A stretch of DNA of 64,000 nucleotides from Bigelowiella natans CCMP2755 (lineage: Eukaryota; Protista; Cercozoa), in contig ADNK01002827.1 in the NCBI GenBank assembly GCA_000320545.1, forward strand, positions 20,659 through 84,658, in the 5' to 3' direction. Both the position numbers and the translations under genes were made by a program. This document shows, piece after piece, positions 61,894-64,000 of this stretch. Every line of letters starts with the position of its first letter. Position 1 is the stretch's first letter. The notes beneath the pieces are model-generated. The model made no database searches and was not told the DNA's origin. It saw nothing but the letters and a program-made list of their open reading frames with translations.

Positions 61894-64000
61894 TGACAAA
61901 GACCACGCAACAACAAAGAACAAAGAACAGATTGATGAACATTATTCGTACAGAGATAGGCAGAAAGTAACCGAATCAAACAGCATGAGCAAAACGTATA
62001 TTAATTTCATTCACCCTCATATATTTCTTGTCCTCCTATGAAACGAAAATGTAACGGTTTTTTCCCCTCTAGATTCTTATTTAGAGAGACGCTGGAAGAG
62101 CACTCACCCTGTCATGGAGTTGGTTTTTGAGAGCTCCTGATTCGTTCTTAGCTTCTAGCTTATCAAATAAGCTACAAATCTGATAATGAACAAATAATGA
62201 GCGATAAAAAATTATACTCCTCAGTTGTCCATATAAGTAGGTATTTATCTATGCAGATCGAGTTCGCTGCAGATGATACAGGTACTTAATGCTTGTTCTT
62301 AAGTAGCGCTAAGATGCCATCTTCTAAGTGTATTGACCTTGGACTCGCAAGCCTGGTATGTAGCGGCTAACATCGTAGTTTTTGCTTCAGAAATCAACCT
62401 ATTTTGAAATGGTCATAGTGAAGTGAGGGAGGGAAGAGAAGAGGCGAGAAAGACAGAAGAAAATGTAAACACATATGAAATAGATGACGATGTTGAGAGG
62501 ACAACGACTACCAGGCTGGCATATGAAGTCATCGTGTGTTTCATCATCATCATCATCATCACCATCTCATTGCATACGCTGCTGCTTGAGAGAGACACAT
62601 CGAGTAGATTTACAATATTCATAACTATGTATCAATACCAATAGCGATGTGCAATTTGCGGTTTCCTTTCAACGCTCTCTGACTCCATACAGATCAGACT
62701 GCGAGCTGTGCCTTCCAACTGTCAAATTATAACGTTTGTAGTAGCGGTAGTAGTAGTGGTAGTAGTATCACATCTTGGTAAATTATAATAACAATGAACT
62801 ATCAATAATCATTCATATCAATATTACAAGTAGGAGGACATGAGCAAGGTCAACATAGTCAGTAAACTGAGAGTATCAGTAATAAATGAAAGCGAGGATT
62901 TCATCATCATCTGTTTGTCTGCTTATTCTGCCCTTACGGATGCTGATCATGCTACTATACGACAATTTATAATTCTTCTTCTCCTCACTCTCACCTCCAT
63001 TGCATACATGCACTATCCAGCATCGATACGAATAAGAAGCATTCTATTGCTATGATCATATACATCCTGCTTCTGACTTTACAACAACCCATATGCAGAT
63101 TGGCAAATGAACGACTTTAATATATTACCTTCTCATCAAACAGAATTGCCAAATGGGCTTTGATATATTCTGGAGAGACCTGCAACAGCATACGCAATAA
63201 TGCCAAGGTAGCGTCAGTGACAATGGGATACTTCTACTTTGAGACTATATTGTTGTGCTTCTAGCAGTAGTAGTAGTACTACTACTACTAAGTACTACTA
63301 CTACTATCAGCAGCTGCAGAGCAGCAGTGGTACTTGTAAACACTTATTCGTAGTGTTAAATACATATAATATAATCATAGGGTTTCTTGAATGCAAAGCT
63401 CTATTGGAGGATCTTATGCCTCAAAGTAGTATAAGAGTTGCATTTAAAATGATGCGAATCTTACATCTTTGGTTGTAAGTAGTTGTTGTTGATGTTTTGG
63501 ACCGCCTTCTTTGCCATCACTTTCTGTTGTTGCTGCTTTAGCTGCTGCCTTTTCAACCAAAGATACCTTCTCTGCATTCGCAATGGCACGATACGACAAG
63601 AAACGGTTGGCCAAATCTGTGTCTGTGCTCGCCTAAAAGGGAGAAAGAACAGCATGAAGGGAATGATGATGCTGTTGATAATCTCGAAATAGACAGACTA
63701 ACAACTTTTCTGCTGCACGCCAAGAAGAACAGAAAGGATTATTGATTATACTGAACCTGTAGCGCAAGTGTTTTTGCGGTAGCTGATTTGATTTGATACG
63801 TGCCGAAGTAGGAAAATCCTCGGGCGAAACTGAAGAAATCTGGCTCCTCCTGCAACAACAAGTTTGTTGATTTGGGATAGATCATCGTCGATGCAACGAA
63901 TAGCGAGAGAACAAGGTGCATTATCACACGTCGTCAGCAGCCTGATCTAACGTTTACACATCATCATCAACACACAGCATAAATGATAGCACTCACGGTA
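60006..64000 (-). CDS. 3' part of a multi-exon alpha-helical (possibly TPR-like) protein; 5' end outside the window
   Basis: Many AG/GT-bounded minus-strand exons (e.g. LLKYACDNMRQQALKGHCLRLMVAAAKYNEK; SNMDATEELIGVISSLDSDDAPKIIAALIKDPIF). Last exon ends ...LLASCKQFNTSG* at 60006. Confidence 0.55.

Noticed and set aside
60006-64000. Naming the last gene TEX11/ZIP4 or a PCI subunit
   Set aside because: Only a generic helical character is visible; no diagnostic motif.

Overview
Intron-rich eukaryotic nuclear DNA from a protist. The GT-AG introns packed with (TA)n/(CA)n/(CAT)n/(AGC)n microsatellites resemble chlorarachniophyte genomes, but this is inference only. Left to right the window holds: (1) a minus-strand EST1/SMG6-7-like gene with a SPRY domain and a Regnase/Zc3h12a-type PIN nuclease; (2) head-to-head with it, an FHA + T-x-x-F/Y repeat + SAP + WWE scaffold resembling MDC1; (3) mitochondrial ribosomal L34; (4) a hypothetical gene; (5) an AT-rich block with two degenerate genes and an intronless secreted ConA-like lectin; (6) a BAG6-like UBL/zinc-finger gene; (7) two hypothetical genes; (8) an intronless carbamate kinase split by a very young Ty3/Gypsy LTR retrotransposon (identical 326-bp LTRs, TGCA target-site duplication); (9) the 3' part of a helical-repeat protein gene. 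Two observations stand out. First, sharply bounded intergenic blocks have lost nearly every TpA, apparently to TpG/CpA, except inside CTAG, while CpG is retained. This suggests a context-specific A>G hypermutation process ('reverse RIP'). Second, the Gypsy pol ends in a degenerate phage/DIRS-type N6-adenine methyltransferase (Dam)-like domain where a chromodomain would usually sit. Exon boundaries, domain calls and dinucleotide counts were done by eye and are approximate.
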